Shown here: positions 27,570-41,100 of the stretch, piece after piece
How the letters are laid out: each line of letters opens with the position of its first letter
How positions within the stretch are numbered: the first letter of the stretch is position 1
From: Nageia nagi
Taxonomy: Eukaryota; Plantae; Pinophyta
Direction of reading: 5' to 3'
DNA length: 64,000 nucleotides
NCBI GenBank assembly: GCA_050084985.1
Contig: JBITNC010000002.1
Span: 18,910,001 to 18,974,000, forward strand
The notes under the pieces: model-generated
Database searches by the model: none
What the model saw: the letters and a program-made list of their open reading frames with translations, nothing else
What the model was told of the DNA's origin: nothing
Translations under genes and position numbers: made by a program

Positions 27570-28495
27570 GCTAGTAGAACTCCATTCATAGATGTCTAAA
27601 CGTGCACGATAGAATTGATAACAACGCGGTTGTTTGAGTGTTTACTTCCATCTTATTATCCTGTTCCAGGTTGCATTATTATTTCGGACACAAGACACCA
27701 ACTATGTAACCGTTTCAAGTCATCAAAACTGGGAAACTGATGTGATGTTTTACAAGTAATAAATACATTCTCTATACTCTAAACTATTTTGAGCATAAAT
27801 TCCTGTACTGAATTTTGGATGCCCAAATTGTATTGAGTAGGTAAATTGCACTATATGTTGATAATAAATAATGATTGCAACCTTCGAATTTTCAATGAAT
27901 TTCGTGAGAGAATTGCATGCTTAAGAAGTTGCTCTCGCGATCAGACATAGACAACTAGGAAATGGTCTCGTTGCGAACGTGTAAAGTGCTCTACCCAGTC
28001 GGACGGTTAGTTACAGTGTAGTTTTAGTCGACCACCTACTATGTTTGAAACAAAGGCACTTGATAACTCACATAACTACCCTTCTTGCATTGTGTTGTTG
28101 CAACTACTGGATTGTATAGATAAAATGTATGGGACAAGGTAGGGGATGACAACTCGTATAAAGGAAGCTTCCTTCCTCCTCAATGCAACAAATACCTTAA
28201 TATTAGTTTTGAGCTCTGACATCATCATTCGTCACCACTGTCATCTAGTTTTGTTAGCTGTAAATTGTCAATGCAGCAATAGAGAGATTTGAATATGGGC
28301 AACCCACATAGTCTTCGCTAGTTTTCTTAGAAGAGAAGCTAAGATTTAATTAAATCATTCTGCGTTGGTTTCTATTGTCTTGAGCTCTGGATTTATTTCG
28401 TTGTGTACATCCATGGGGTTTTGCATCGAATATAACTATGGCATCCCCATTGTGGACTGCTTGAAAAGGTTTTAAGAATGAAAATGGTTCTACTT
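27570..28495. other. CpG-retaining, apparently non-coding island, paralogue 1 (paralogue 2 at 51150-52125)
   Basis: About two dozen CG dinucleotides in ~0.9 kb against near zero in flanking TE relics. Colinear with 51150-52125 at roughly 70% by eye; homology resumes at 29225-29580 / 52670-53062. No long ORF. Confidence 0.75.
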
Positions 28496-28740
28496 ATATT
28501 CATAAATCATAATTCTCCCATAAATAGACTTTTAGATATAATTAACTTCCAACCATCTTCTAAAATGAAGATAGGGTGTGGTAAGATTAAGGATGATAAT
28601 TTAATGGTTAAAATTGGTTGAGATTAGGTAAATGGATGGTTGAAGTTTATTGATAATTTTTTTCATATTTAATTAGTTTTAATATTTAATTATAATTATG
28701 TGATATTTATTATATATATTTTTATAATTTATAGTAATAT

Positions 28741-28763
28741 ATTATTATTATTATTATTATTAT
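28741..28763. repeat. (ATT)n microsatellite
   Basis: At least 7 perfect ATT units. Confidence 0.85.
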
Positions 28764-30894
28764 AAATGATATTTTTGTTATATATATATAATTTATAAAA
28801 ATATTTAAGATTGATATCTTTGATATTGTGTAGATATATATTTAAGATATCTAAATTAGTTAAAATAAATAAGTTTAATTTATAAGTTTTTTTATCGTTG
28901 AAGTCATCCTTGAGGGCATATTTCTTCGAGTTAGATTCAGTATCTTAGGGTTCTCTTCTATCAAAGTCACATAGGAGTCACACCTAGCCCCATCCACACC
29001 AGCATGGTCACCCACTATCTTTACTTTAGCATATCTGCATGATGTGAGGGGGGAGAGTTTTAAACATGAGGCCGCCCTTTATTAACTTGAGAGTTTTATT
29101 GCATTGCAATCCAACTCCTTTCACATATTTGGATTATAAGCAAATTTTAAACTAGTCCTTAATTCTAATTTATAGATTCAATAACATAGTTTAAAATTAA
29201 TGTAATATGGTAAAATATATGTAAAATAATGAAATAAATAAAAATAAGACATTAGTTTGATTGGTTGAAGATATGGTTGACTTTTTAAATTATTATTAGT
29301 AGATTGTAATTTAATTTGATTATAATAAAAATATTAGTTCATATTTTAGAACATTTGATATCTTAAGAAATTACAAAATATGTGATAATTTACGGTTTTA
29401 TTGGACATTTGATGTCCTTTAAATTCTACAATTTACACTTGTGACTCTAATATTTCAATTCCATTAAATTTAAGAGCTCTATCTATAGTACATTAACTTT
29501 ATAAGTAGTATGTGATATGAAAGAAAATATAGTTAATTGAAGGCTCATCTTAAGCTACATATATGATGGGGATAATAGCAAATCTAAATAGTGCTAAATG
29601 AGGAATTTTATATATTAAAAGAACATAAAAAATAGCTCTCATTTGGATAAAATTTGTAAATAAAAAAAATATCGTGAGTTGCAATGACAAAAAACTTGAA
29701 CAAGTGAAGGTTGTTGTAGGTTTATGATGAATCTTATACTAACAGCATAACTATTCTGAAGAGATAATCATGTTGAGATTCTAAGTTTCTAAATATAAAA
29801 TTAATATCATCTTATATAATTTGTAATTGGTATTTTCCTATCTAACATTATTTAAAATATAACTTAAATAGATCTCTATCTCAAAAGATATGATAATAAA
29901 TTATGTTTAATACCTAAAACTTCCAATGTGTGGATTATCTAATATCTTTGGTTGATGTTGAACATTCAATATCATATGCTTAAATGCATAAATAATTTTA
30001 ATATTAATCAAAATTATGCTCGTCTAATGTATGAAGGATAATTTATTAGATTAGCTTGGACACTTAAGATAGGATTTACATTAATATGTAAACCATTAAG
30101 ATTAGGTATGTAACAGTTCAATATATATAAGATGAAAAACTATTAAATATATTCATAAAATATTTTAAACAATCTAATAATTATTCATAATTATTGCAAA
30201 AACATATATATAAAAATGTATGGTAAAATTTATAAACTAAACATCAAATATTTGAAACGAGTAATGTATAGAAACATCTTAACATATTGTATAAGGAAGG
30301 ATTCACTTCAAAATAAATTGTTTGAGGGTCAAACCTCAAATGATCTAAGTATAATATAAAAATCCATTATTAGATGAATAACAACATGATTAATTATTTG
30401 ATGCTTAGATTATTAGATTAAGATTTATTTACTATTTTTTAACTAAACAATATTACCATGAACCTTTAATATATTAATCTTTATAACAAATATCTTTTCT
30501 ATTCTCAACCCACATAAGTAGCATAGTTATGTGCTACATGTTGGCCCATACATAACTCCATATATAAGGCATGTCATAACTCTTTATTTATGTATTGAAT
30601 GTATTAGTCTCACAAGAGTTACCCCTATACAATATAATATTATATTCACTCAGCCCTTATTTATCCTTTTATAATACCATGATACCCCCCTTTCAAATGG
30701 TTCATTCTCAAGCCATCAAATAGAAAATATTCAATACAACTCTTTCAATGTATGAGAATTTTTAATAACATTATTTATTTACATATGGTTACTTCATCTT
30801 GTTGATGTTCATTCGTGCATCCTCCTTTCCCAACATTTTTATGCCAAACAAAAAATGTAAATAGATATAATTAAAAGGATATTCATAAGTTTTT

Positions 30895-31245
30895 GGAGGA
30901 TATTCTAAGCATACCTATCCTTGTACAAGTGGTTAATACCATTGAATCTAATCTTGGATAGTTTTTGGATGAGGTTCTAGGGATGTTTATTTTGGTACTG
31001 ATGTTTAATAGCATTGAACTTAGTTGTGGAGAGATTATGGATGAGGTTAAAGGAAAACCTACTCTCTAAAAGGTGGGTAACAATAATAAACTTATTCCTA
31101 AATGGATTTTATATGAGGTTTTGGCATACTTTTATTGTTATAAGTGGTTAACAATATTGAACTTACTCTTATTGGAATTTCAGATGAGGTTTTAGGAACA
31201 CCTATTTTGGTACAAGTGGCTCACAACATTGAACCTACTCTTAGA
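30895..31245 (+). repeat. Degenerate ~72-bp (24-codon) tandem repeat, about 5 copies
   Basis: (G/T)ATGAGGTT recurs at ~30969, 31040, 31112 and 31183; the unit translates roughly as DEVLGTPILVQVxNNIExTL. Confidence 0.75.
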
Positions 31246-31269
31246 TACTGTCGAGTTGATGTGGATAGA

Positions 31270-32300
31270 AGAGACCTCCTGGTGATCAAGATGAAATTGC
31301 ATGAGATGGCTTGTAGAGAAGGCTTATGTGATAAAAGGTCCATGAAGATCCATGAAAAGTATCTTGATATAAATGAAGAGGAAACTAAGTTGGGATACTA
31401 TGTTTCAAGCTTTTACCAAATTACTCTCTTTATAATTTTTTTTAAGAGGAAGAATTTTGAGTTTTTTGTTGGTAATAAAGTCAAAAAGTCTTATAAAGGT
31501 CTTTGGAAACTTACTATGAAGGATCTACTCATGAGGCTATGGTCATGTGGAGAAACTCAATGGAGAGATTTTTCTCATTTAGATAAATTTGTCATCTCTT
31601 TCAAATTAGGAATACAGTCTTCAAAGGGTTTCCCTATGGTATTCTGTTCGATCTTACTATGTAATAATGGAGTGATCACATTTCAAAAAATTTTGTTATC
31701 AGTAAAGGAATTATTGACTTACTCTAATATTGTATTGTTAAATCTAGAAAATATCTTTGTGGCATTGGTTCATGGCATGGAGAAAGTTGATGTGAAGCAC
31801 TCTCATGGTCGAATCATATTAGTAGGGTCTAAAGGTATGGGAGTTTAGGACCAAGTTGATCTTCCTCCTTGGTTCCATTCTAGCCCAATTGGGGCTTTCA
31901 TTGATGTATCCAAATAATACTTTGGGAAATATAACCTATGTGATGTGGATAAATGTAAATAAGGAGAAATGATCTATGGTATGGTGGGAGATCTTTGTTG
32001 ATCATGAGAGTGAGATTTTTCAAAGGAATCTTAAAGCAAGATGGTTGGGTTCATTTGTGTAATCTTCTTCTTACACAATTTTGCATTGCTTATTCATGCC
32101 ATAAAGATAAAATCCCTAATACATATTTAGGTGGAAATATATTTAAAAAAATTTAAATCATTGTAAGGGTGGAATACCATGGGTATGGGATAATTATCTT
32201 GTAAAATTTAGCACATCACTGAAGTGTGGAGAAGGACAATTATTTTAAGAAATTTTTTAGGTTTTATATATCTTTTGGGTTTTGTGAATGGGGGAGTTTT
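31270..32300 (+). mobile_element. L1-type LINE relic (ORF2 APE endonuclease region)
   Basis: Degenerate MKL..WxxRG start (31291), EETKL resembling QETK, and a TWSN..GSKG-like segment at ~31800. ORF 31144-31848 looks like a frameshifted patchwork of this relic. Confidence 0.5.
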
Positions 32301-35149
32301 CCCCATAAGGTGATGATTGAAGCTATTTAAATATTTTATTATAAGCCTTGATAGTATCAATTATTTTATTATATATGTTTAGGTTTGATTTCATTTATGC
32401 TTGGTTTATTTAGGGATCACAATGATTCTATGAAAGATGTAATTTTTGATGTTTTGGGATTGATTATTGTAATTACATAAATTTATTTTATATAATCATC
32501 TAAATCATTATATTATAATTATCAATTTATTTTATTTATCATATTATTATCAATATTATAATCATCATAATCTATAATAGTGGACTAATTTGTATCTTGT
32601 TTATAGGTAAAACGAGGCCCAAGGTATTAGAGCTAATCAAAGGAGTGGGTTACATCATCAAGTTTCTTATACAACTAATATCCACATAATTTCACTATCA
32701 AGATCTAGATTTGGATAACATATTCTAATCTTGATAGTGGCATACTCCCTTTAGATATTTCTCAACACTATCTTATGAAGATTGGAATTTGGATACTTTG
32801 ACTATATTATATGATAGTTCATTTCTAAAGGACTAATAAGTTATGATTTTTATGGTATGTTTTTCAAGTTTTCCTTAATACATATCATATTTTATTTCAT
32901 TCATAATAGGTAAGTACATAAGGTAAGTATTCAAATATCTATCTTCATAGGGTTTATCTTATTTCTTGTTTAATTCCACTTACTTCCACTAGTATTTATC
33001 TTTGGCCATTTCAATCTAATTAGGTTTTTGGACTATTTAATTACTTCAATTCTAAATTTTTATATCCTACACAATCATGAATCCAATGTGAATCAAACAC
33101 AAAAATATGGATAAAATATACCATTTATTATATTTACAAAATCTCTAAAGGCCATTCTTGATGAGCAAATTGCAAAAGAATCTTATTATAATATTACCAA
33201 AGAAACAAAAATTTAATTTGATTACAAACCTTCATGGTATTATCAAAATTGTTATTTTAATTTTCATTAAGAAATGGATCATATAATAAATACATGTGGT
33301 ATATTAAGAGGAAAACTCCTATAGCTCATCAAGAGTGATTCATATGAGTATCCTTATAAAAAAGAGACTAATGAGAAGTAGATTAATATTATATTTAATA
33401 AAGAAATTTTTTAGATATAACAAGAGGAAGACCACAAAAAGGAAGTTATTGATCTAATTAAATCCTTTAAAAAAGAGCTTCCTAAAGATATTATAAGTTA
33501 CAACTTGTAAGATCAATTGAGGAATACACAAATTATAAGAATCTAAATTAGGAAAAGTATATTTTTACTCAAATATGTTAAATATAAATATAAATATACA
33601 CCAAGAAAAATTGGATTTTTAATATATGGTTCAAATTATGCTTATATAATAGTCCAAAAATCATCCAATGATTCCCTAAGGTTGGATGTCATAATACAAG
33701 CTTATATCTCAAGTACAATAGCCCAAAGGCTAGATGTCTGACTTAAAATATCAAATTCACCACTAAACAAAGTTAATCCATATAATATGACTAATGTAAC
33801 ATAACTAGGAAATCAAAAGCTGATATTTGATATGATGAAATGATAAAACACTCTCTCAAGAATTGTTGATGCTCCATTGAAGTCTCTTTCCATTATTTAA
33901 AATGAAGTAGAAGTATGGCCTTAAAATACAATCAAATTAGACTTAGATTTTTCATCCTTAACTTAAGGTATTAGGGGTGTTTCCAACCTACAAACCAAAT
34001 ATTTGACTTTATGAAAAGACTTTGAAGTATACAAACTATCAAATGGTAAAATATGCCTCTTTAATGTCATGAAATCCTTTCATATAGATGGATTTCTCAC
34101 TAGATTCCTAAATTTCACCTAGGAATCACACACTAGTTTATCGTCTTACTTATAAGTCCATGGGTTGCTCTTGAGATCATCATAATTACCTCTTTGGATA
34201 ATCACAAGCATGTATAATTCTAATAAACACTCATAATTATCTCTATGATGGAGACATATAACATTAGAGCTTATAATTGGTCCTTTAGAGCCATAAGTAT
34301 CCTATCCAAAATTCATCAATACATCATCCTCAAGAATAATTACATATATTTCATGTACTCTTCCTAAATATCAAACCACTCTTAATTATTACAAATATAT
34401 ATTATTTCATGATATACACTTTCTAAGGAAAGGTTTCACACTTCCAATGGACCCCGCATAGTGTTTAAGTATCTAAATAAATACAATATTCATTTAGGAT
34501 ATCACAAGTCCACCCTTCCTAAAAAAAATTTCCCTCTAATAATTAAAATCTCCATTTGTTGCAATAAAATCTCCAAGGTCTTCCACATGTTAAAATAATA
34601 TATCATTTATTCCAAAAATACCATTAAGTTCCATACATATGGGTGAAAGCAAAAAATTATGTCCACTTAAAGTGGAAGTCTTAGGACATAAACTCAGTAG
34701 TAGAAAAATTAAGATCTCATTAGAAAATACATCAAGATCCTAAGTTTGGTATCATATTAGGATATTGAACCTAAATTAATGTTAGGATACTTATTTAGGT
34801 TTTGTATCATAATAAAGATTTAGATCCCAACTTTGGAAACAAAAATATTATTTAGGATATCATAGAGCTCATTCTCTGGAATTTGTAGTCCCTAAACCCT
34901 TGGATTCCATGAGTTGTAAATAAACATTAGACTCCCTATTTTTATTATGTTCATGCCCCCCATATATGGTTATTTTTGGTGAGCTCTCTCAAGGTAAGCT
35001 CCAGTAACCATCACCCTTAAGTTTTTTATATAGCTTGCAAATTTAGGGTTTAACTAAGTTTCTTTTTTATTCTTGGGATATGAGAGTTTATATATTTTGT
35101 AACATGAATTCTATAGAATATGAAATCCATTTTGAATCAAGTAAATTCT

Positions 35150-36500
35150 TTTTAATTAATCCCTTTTGGTACTTATCACAATGTATATATTTTAAATTTT
35201 ATCAATTAGAAATGGTAAAAATGCTTTAGATAACACCAAAACCTTTCTATTGTAATCCCTCCAATTGTAGTTGGATACCATAAATTTTTATACTTGCATT
35301 ACTCAGGTGATCTACCTTATTTGAGAATAGGTAAGAATTATTAATCTTGAACTTTAATAGTTTTACTATGCAAAACCCAATCCTTTACTTAAGTCTAATG
35401 TGAATAATACATATATCCTTAATCTTATCCTTGACCACCCTCTATTATTATACTATACACATACCAAGTAGATTACAAAAATTTAAAATAATTTCAAAAA
35501 TATATGGGATAGAAAATACCACCAACATGCCCACAACCTTTAGCATCATAATCATCTTCTTTATCAAACACCTCTACATAATTATCACCTCCCACTAGCA
35601 CCATTATACTCAATACACCCCTATGTAATCCATCCCACATAAGAAGCCTTGAATTGAGTAACCTTCTAGTATTTCAACTACCAAAAACCTAGCCCCAAAA
35701 AACAAAATAAACCTCTTCCACTACTCATATATCCTCATCTAATAAATAAAATAAAATAAAATTATATTAGGTATACCCTTCAAGATTTCCATTACCACCA
35801 CATAAGAGGTAAAATGTCAAAATACCTACTACATCTCTTTCACTAGCAACCTTAAGGTTCACATATCCAAAATACTTAGTAGATGGGGTGCAAGCTTCAT
35901 CCATTAGAATTGGCTCCTCTCTAATTGCAAAATAGTTAGGAATGGTAATTACACCATCTACTTCATATGGAATAAAAAAATAAAAGATATAATTTCATCA
36001 CTCAACATTAATTCAATGATAATTTGTGGAACTATAGCAATCTTGATTGATTCAAAAACCCATAGACAAAGTTTCATACCCATTGGATTATCTTTTTTTT
36101 TTGTATGATGAGTGGTGTGTATATTAAGAACTACATTACTTTTGCAAGCTTAGTAGCTTTTATACAAATACCAATGATAAGCCAAGTTATATACATAATA
36201 AAAATGATAGCATATTTATTTCCATGGTGATCTCAATATCAAATCCATCTTCTTTGATCACCTCACTAACCATAGAAACTACATCTAGTATTATTGATTC
36301 CACTTTCATAATATAGATTATAGTATCATTATCACCCCTTTCACAACTCACACCACTATGATTAGGAGCACCATATCTATAAATATTGATTCCCTTCGCT
36401 ATGGTTGATTTTTTGTTATGTAAATTCTTATTTATGTGTTGATTCTCCTTTAATCAACCTTCTCATACTACCATATTCATTTCTTATACATCTTATAAAA
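35150..36500 (-). mobile_element. Ty3/gypsy pol relic (protease, RNase H and integrase fragments)
   Basis: Minus-strand remnants resembling DAxGxGxG (~35525-35550), YHPQTxG (~35255-35280) and D.GSTxNYI (~36020-36045). Heavily decayed. Confidence 0.5.
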
Positions 36501-38199
36501 TCCAAATGTTGTGAATAATTTTTAGAGTACAATATTTGTTATATTATTCACTTCTTTCATGTTTTGCAAACACAAATATATGAAATCTATCAAATCACTC
36601 CTAATTATTATAAAGATATATTACTTCATGCTAGATGATTTCTAAAGGAATGCATCATACTTGTAATGGACTCCACATAGTGTCTAAGTGTAAAAATGAA
36701 TACAATATTAATTTAGGATATCATAAGTTTACCATTCCTAAAATTTCTTACTCTTAAGCAATTACAATATTCATTTATCACAATAAAATCTTCAAAGTAT
36801 TCAATATCTTAAAATATTATCTTAAAAATATCCTTTGATTAAAAAACATCATCAATATCCATACATGTTTCATATTGAGATGTTGTCTTCCATTTGGCAA
36901 CATCAAGATCCATATATGCTATGAATAATTTATGAAGTATTATCTTTATCATATTATCTAGAAATCTATTATGTTTTGTAAATAAACATATATGAAATAT
37001 ACCAAATCATTCTTAACAAGTTCATCTATGATAGTATTAGTAAAAATAGTCCCAAGTATCATGAAAATTATCTCCTTATCCCACCTTAGATGTACCATCT
37101 CATGCAACATTCTAAGCTCATCAAAAATTTGAAATTCATGTGACGAAGCAACTCTTATTACCCTTATAAATGTAACAAATAATGGGAAATCATATTTGAA
37201 GTAAGATTAAATTTAAGATAGCCCAAAAAAAAGTCCACCAAATGTCAATAGCAATCCTACACTTCATGGGTATGGGTGGGTGCATGAAGATGAGTCCACA
37301 CAAAGAGGAAGTCTTCCAAGAAGATGAGACTAATTTTCAAATTATTTTGTTTTTTAATAAATTTTATTTTTTATGATTATTTTAAAAAACATTATATAGA
37401 GACAACAAATAGAAAATTCTCAACAAAAATTTTAAGAAGTTTAAAAAAAATGGATAAGTTTAGGTCAAATTATGCATGCTAGACACAAGGAGTTTTCAAA
37501 ACAACAATAAAGATCAATTCAAAATTAATAATATACAAATTCATGAAAACATTATATAAAAATATTCAATACAAGCTTAAATGTATTAGGTATCTTTTTA
37601 CAAAAGGATTTTAAAAAATACTTTCATTTAGGTCAAATTATGCTTGTTGGACATGTGCATGGTATGATCCTAAAATAGTATATTTTCAAAAGTGGTTTCT
37701 ACTCATCCTTATAAATTTGTATTTTTATTATTTGGATATTATAATAAATTACATATTTGAAAGTTAGACTTGGAGCACTACATTTTTTCCTTAGTAATCT
37801 TTTTCAAGATTCCATGTCTAAGTGCTTCAAATTTTGAGATTATTTGTGACAAAATTTGAAAATTAAGGAACACTTCCATTTTTTACCATAAATTGGACCC
37901 AACTTTCATTAACCCATATGTTAGTCCCTTGCATAGAACTAATAGTCCTTCAATTCTCACCAAGCATAGTAGTCAATATATTATTAAATGGATTCCTAGA
38001 ATTTATAAAAAATGTAGTCCATGATGGGCAAACAACAAAACCTACATTAACCTCTAAAAATGTAACAATATTCCTCACTTCAATATTTTTGCGTGGATAT
38101 AGTGAAATCATTATTCCAAATTGAACATTATCCCAAAACATAATGGAAATTTTAGTCTTAAGTGTGTAACCTAGTTTATTTTATCATAGTATCCTATAT

Positions 38200-41100
38200 T
38201 GATAGCATAGTTTATCCTAACAAGAATCATAGGGTTTTTCCATATGGTTTAGTTCATGTTGTGTTTCAAATGTGGTAGGGGTGAGGTATGCATGGGTATC
38301 ATATATCATGTCTCAATTTTATCATAATCTACATAATTTATTTATATTACAAAAGATTGGTAAGAGAGTGGCACACTCATTTGTATTACAATGTTGCTCA
38401 TATGAGCATATTTGAGTGTGTAGGTCTAGGGAAATTCCTTTGGTAAGGAAATTCAATAATGATCCTACATGGTGCATTTGGGCTATACATGGGTGACTAA
38501 CAAGGTAGCATAAGGGTGTAAAGGTTTGGCAAAAGGTCATGTATGACTTAGCTGATGGTAAGACTTATTTTCAAAATGAGTTACTAGGTTTCAAATTTAT
38601 GGTTTATACACTAGCACTCTATAGAGTTTATTTTGGAAGAGGTGTCATTTATAGATCCTATGTGGCCCTACCTTATTTTCCTAATGATCCTGATTGTGAA
38701 TATGGTTGAAAATGCACACCATGTTATCTAAAGAATACAAAGAACTTCATGGATCCTTATAGACCTAGCCAAGTTATTTAATAGCTTCGAAGAAGGAAAG
38801 TGGTGTCAACGATTTGTAGGATTATAGTTAGAACATGAATGCATATGACCTATGACTCAAAATATTATAAGGTGTTTAAGAAATAGAAATATGATTAGGA
38901 ATATCCCAAATTTGATGGTTCAAGTACTAATAATGATGATGAGAAATGCAATACATAGGATGGACCATCATTTGATCAAACATACTTGACGTTGTGGGTA
39001 AGTGCTAGAATAGACTCACTTGGTATCTATACTTTAGAGGAACTAGTGGAGGCAATTGAAGGTGAGGATGATGGAGACAAGGAGGAAGAGAAAGAAGAGG
39101 ACATTCAGGAGGGAGAAGAGGCAGAGGGTAATGAGTAACCCCATGTGACTATTTCTTATGTTGAGGAGGATTTGTAACAAGAGGACACTACCCAAGGAGA
39201 GGGATGGAGAGAACCACCCATAGCTATTCCACTTTCAAAGATAGGAATGGATTGAGAATAAGCTCAATAGGTAAAGTTTTTTTACACCTATAAGTTAGCT
39301 TCAAAATATGTTAATATATTGACATGTACATTTTTTTTATCATAGATCAAACAAAATTGGAATTGGAGGTTAAGAAGATGATAAAAAAAGGAGGATAAGA
39401 TTTTGAAAATAAAAAATGCATATATGATAAATTATGAAGAATTGGATGGCATTAAGATATGGTTAACTACCCTAGAATAAGCACAAGTGACCATAAGATA
39501 ACTATAAGAGGCACAAGACAACAAGAATTTTCAACAGATGATGTATCATGTGTTAGCCAATAGTTATAAAATTAAAAATTTATTAACTAAAAAGGATATT
39601 TTAAATCTCAACTTGTAGCTCTTAAATAAAAAACTATGGTGAAAGACCCAATCTATCTAGGATGATGTCTACATCTAGGGGCACTAGAAGTGATCATGGT
39701 ACCACTAGTCATGCTAGTGTGAGGAAGGAATGAGGGGTGGTACTTATTTGGTATTTTTCTCATATGATATTGTATAAATTTTTTATATAATAATGTGATA
39801 TACATTTTATGTTTAACCATTTTGTTATTTAAATATTCATATAAACTATCTAAGCTTTATGGATTTTGATAGCAAGTATTATGACATGTATGTATGTTTA
39901 AAATTATATTAATGGTTATGATTGGATGACTATGAAACTTAAATTTCAAGCTAAAATAATTCATATTTTAAAAAAATTAACATAAAATTATCCAACATTG
40001 GTGTTAAATTTTTTATGGGAGAAAATATCAAACTTAGGCTTATCTATTTATACCAAGCAAACTCTTTCTAAATTATACAAAATTTTTATCATGTAACTTT
40101 CCATGTTTGAACTTGTATTAAATTTCTAAATAAGGTTTGTAGCTCTAAAGTAGATAATTTGATCATATACATTTAATATGTGAAATAACCTATTCATAAT
40201 ACTAATCCTAAAAAAGAAATGATTGCATAACTAATATATTAGGAATCCTAGCATTGTCATTGAGATGGACACATCAAAAATACATAGAAATCCAATGATA
40301 GTGTTAGGATAATAGAACAAAAATAGAACTAGGGGAATGGTATTTGATATATGAACATGATTTTGAATGAATATAACTTAACAAGATACAAGTGGCAAGC
40401 TCCTCTTATGCATAAAAGGGTTTAATGTGCCTAGCATTGGTAGAAATGTTATTCTCTTCTCCATCAATAGTTGCCAATTTGTATGCTCCCTTAGGATATT
40501 TATTCTTGACTACATATGGAACCATTCAATTTATCTCAAATTTATCTATTTTCTTTTTCTTAGCCTCAATTTTGTCATGATTTGGTTAAAGAACCAAATC
40601 TCTAAGCTAAAACTATCTTGGTCTTATCTTCTTTACATATGCTTTCTCATCCAATTCTTCTAATTATACTAGTATTGACTTACTTTTATCTTGATTAATA
40701 TTGACCTCTAATGCAAGTTTAAAGATGGCTGATGAAGCCACTATGTCATTAGTTATCTATTGTCTAGCATTCTCATTGGAAAGGGTATTACCACTATCAT
40801 GAGAATCTACACTCACACTATTTATACTAAAAGGCCTCATATCTTTTGTAACCTTTTATATATTTGCAAAGAATCCCAAATTTATCTTTGTTGGTGTAAG
40901 GGTCATGTTATTAAGAGGTTTGAAGATTCTTGAAATCCACTAGAAAGTTGCAACTTTTATTATTTGATAACCTCTACATCCTCTTCAATGATATTAACAA
41001 CATAGGTTTTCTCCTCAATTGGTAACTAACTTAGAAACTTCACAAACTTGTACCAATTTACTTCCAAACTCATGATTTTCTTGAAAGTATTCTCATTGTT

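Noticed and set aside
28126-28156. P-loop-like / miR482-site-like stretch (GTATGGGACAAGGTAGGGGATGACAACTC) in island 1
   Set aside because: Needs indels to read GMGGxGKTT, is not conserved in paralogue 2, and no other NB-ARC motifs are nearby.
34890-34901. CCCTAAACCCT as a telomerase RNA template
   Set aside because: Isolated motif inside CpG-depleted TE relic, with no USE/TATA Pol III promoter or conserved plant TR elements.
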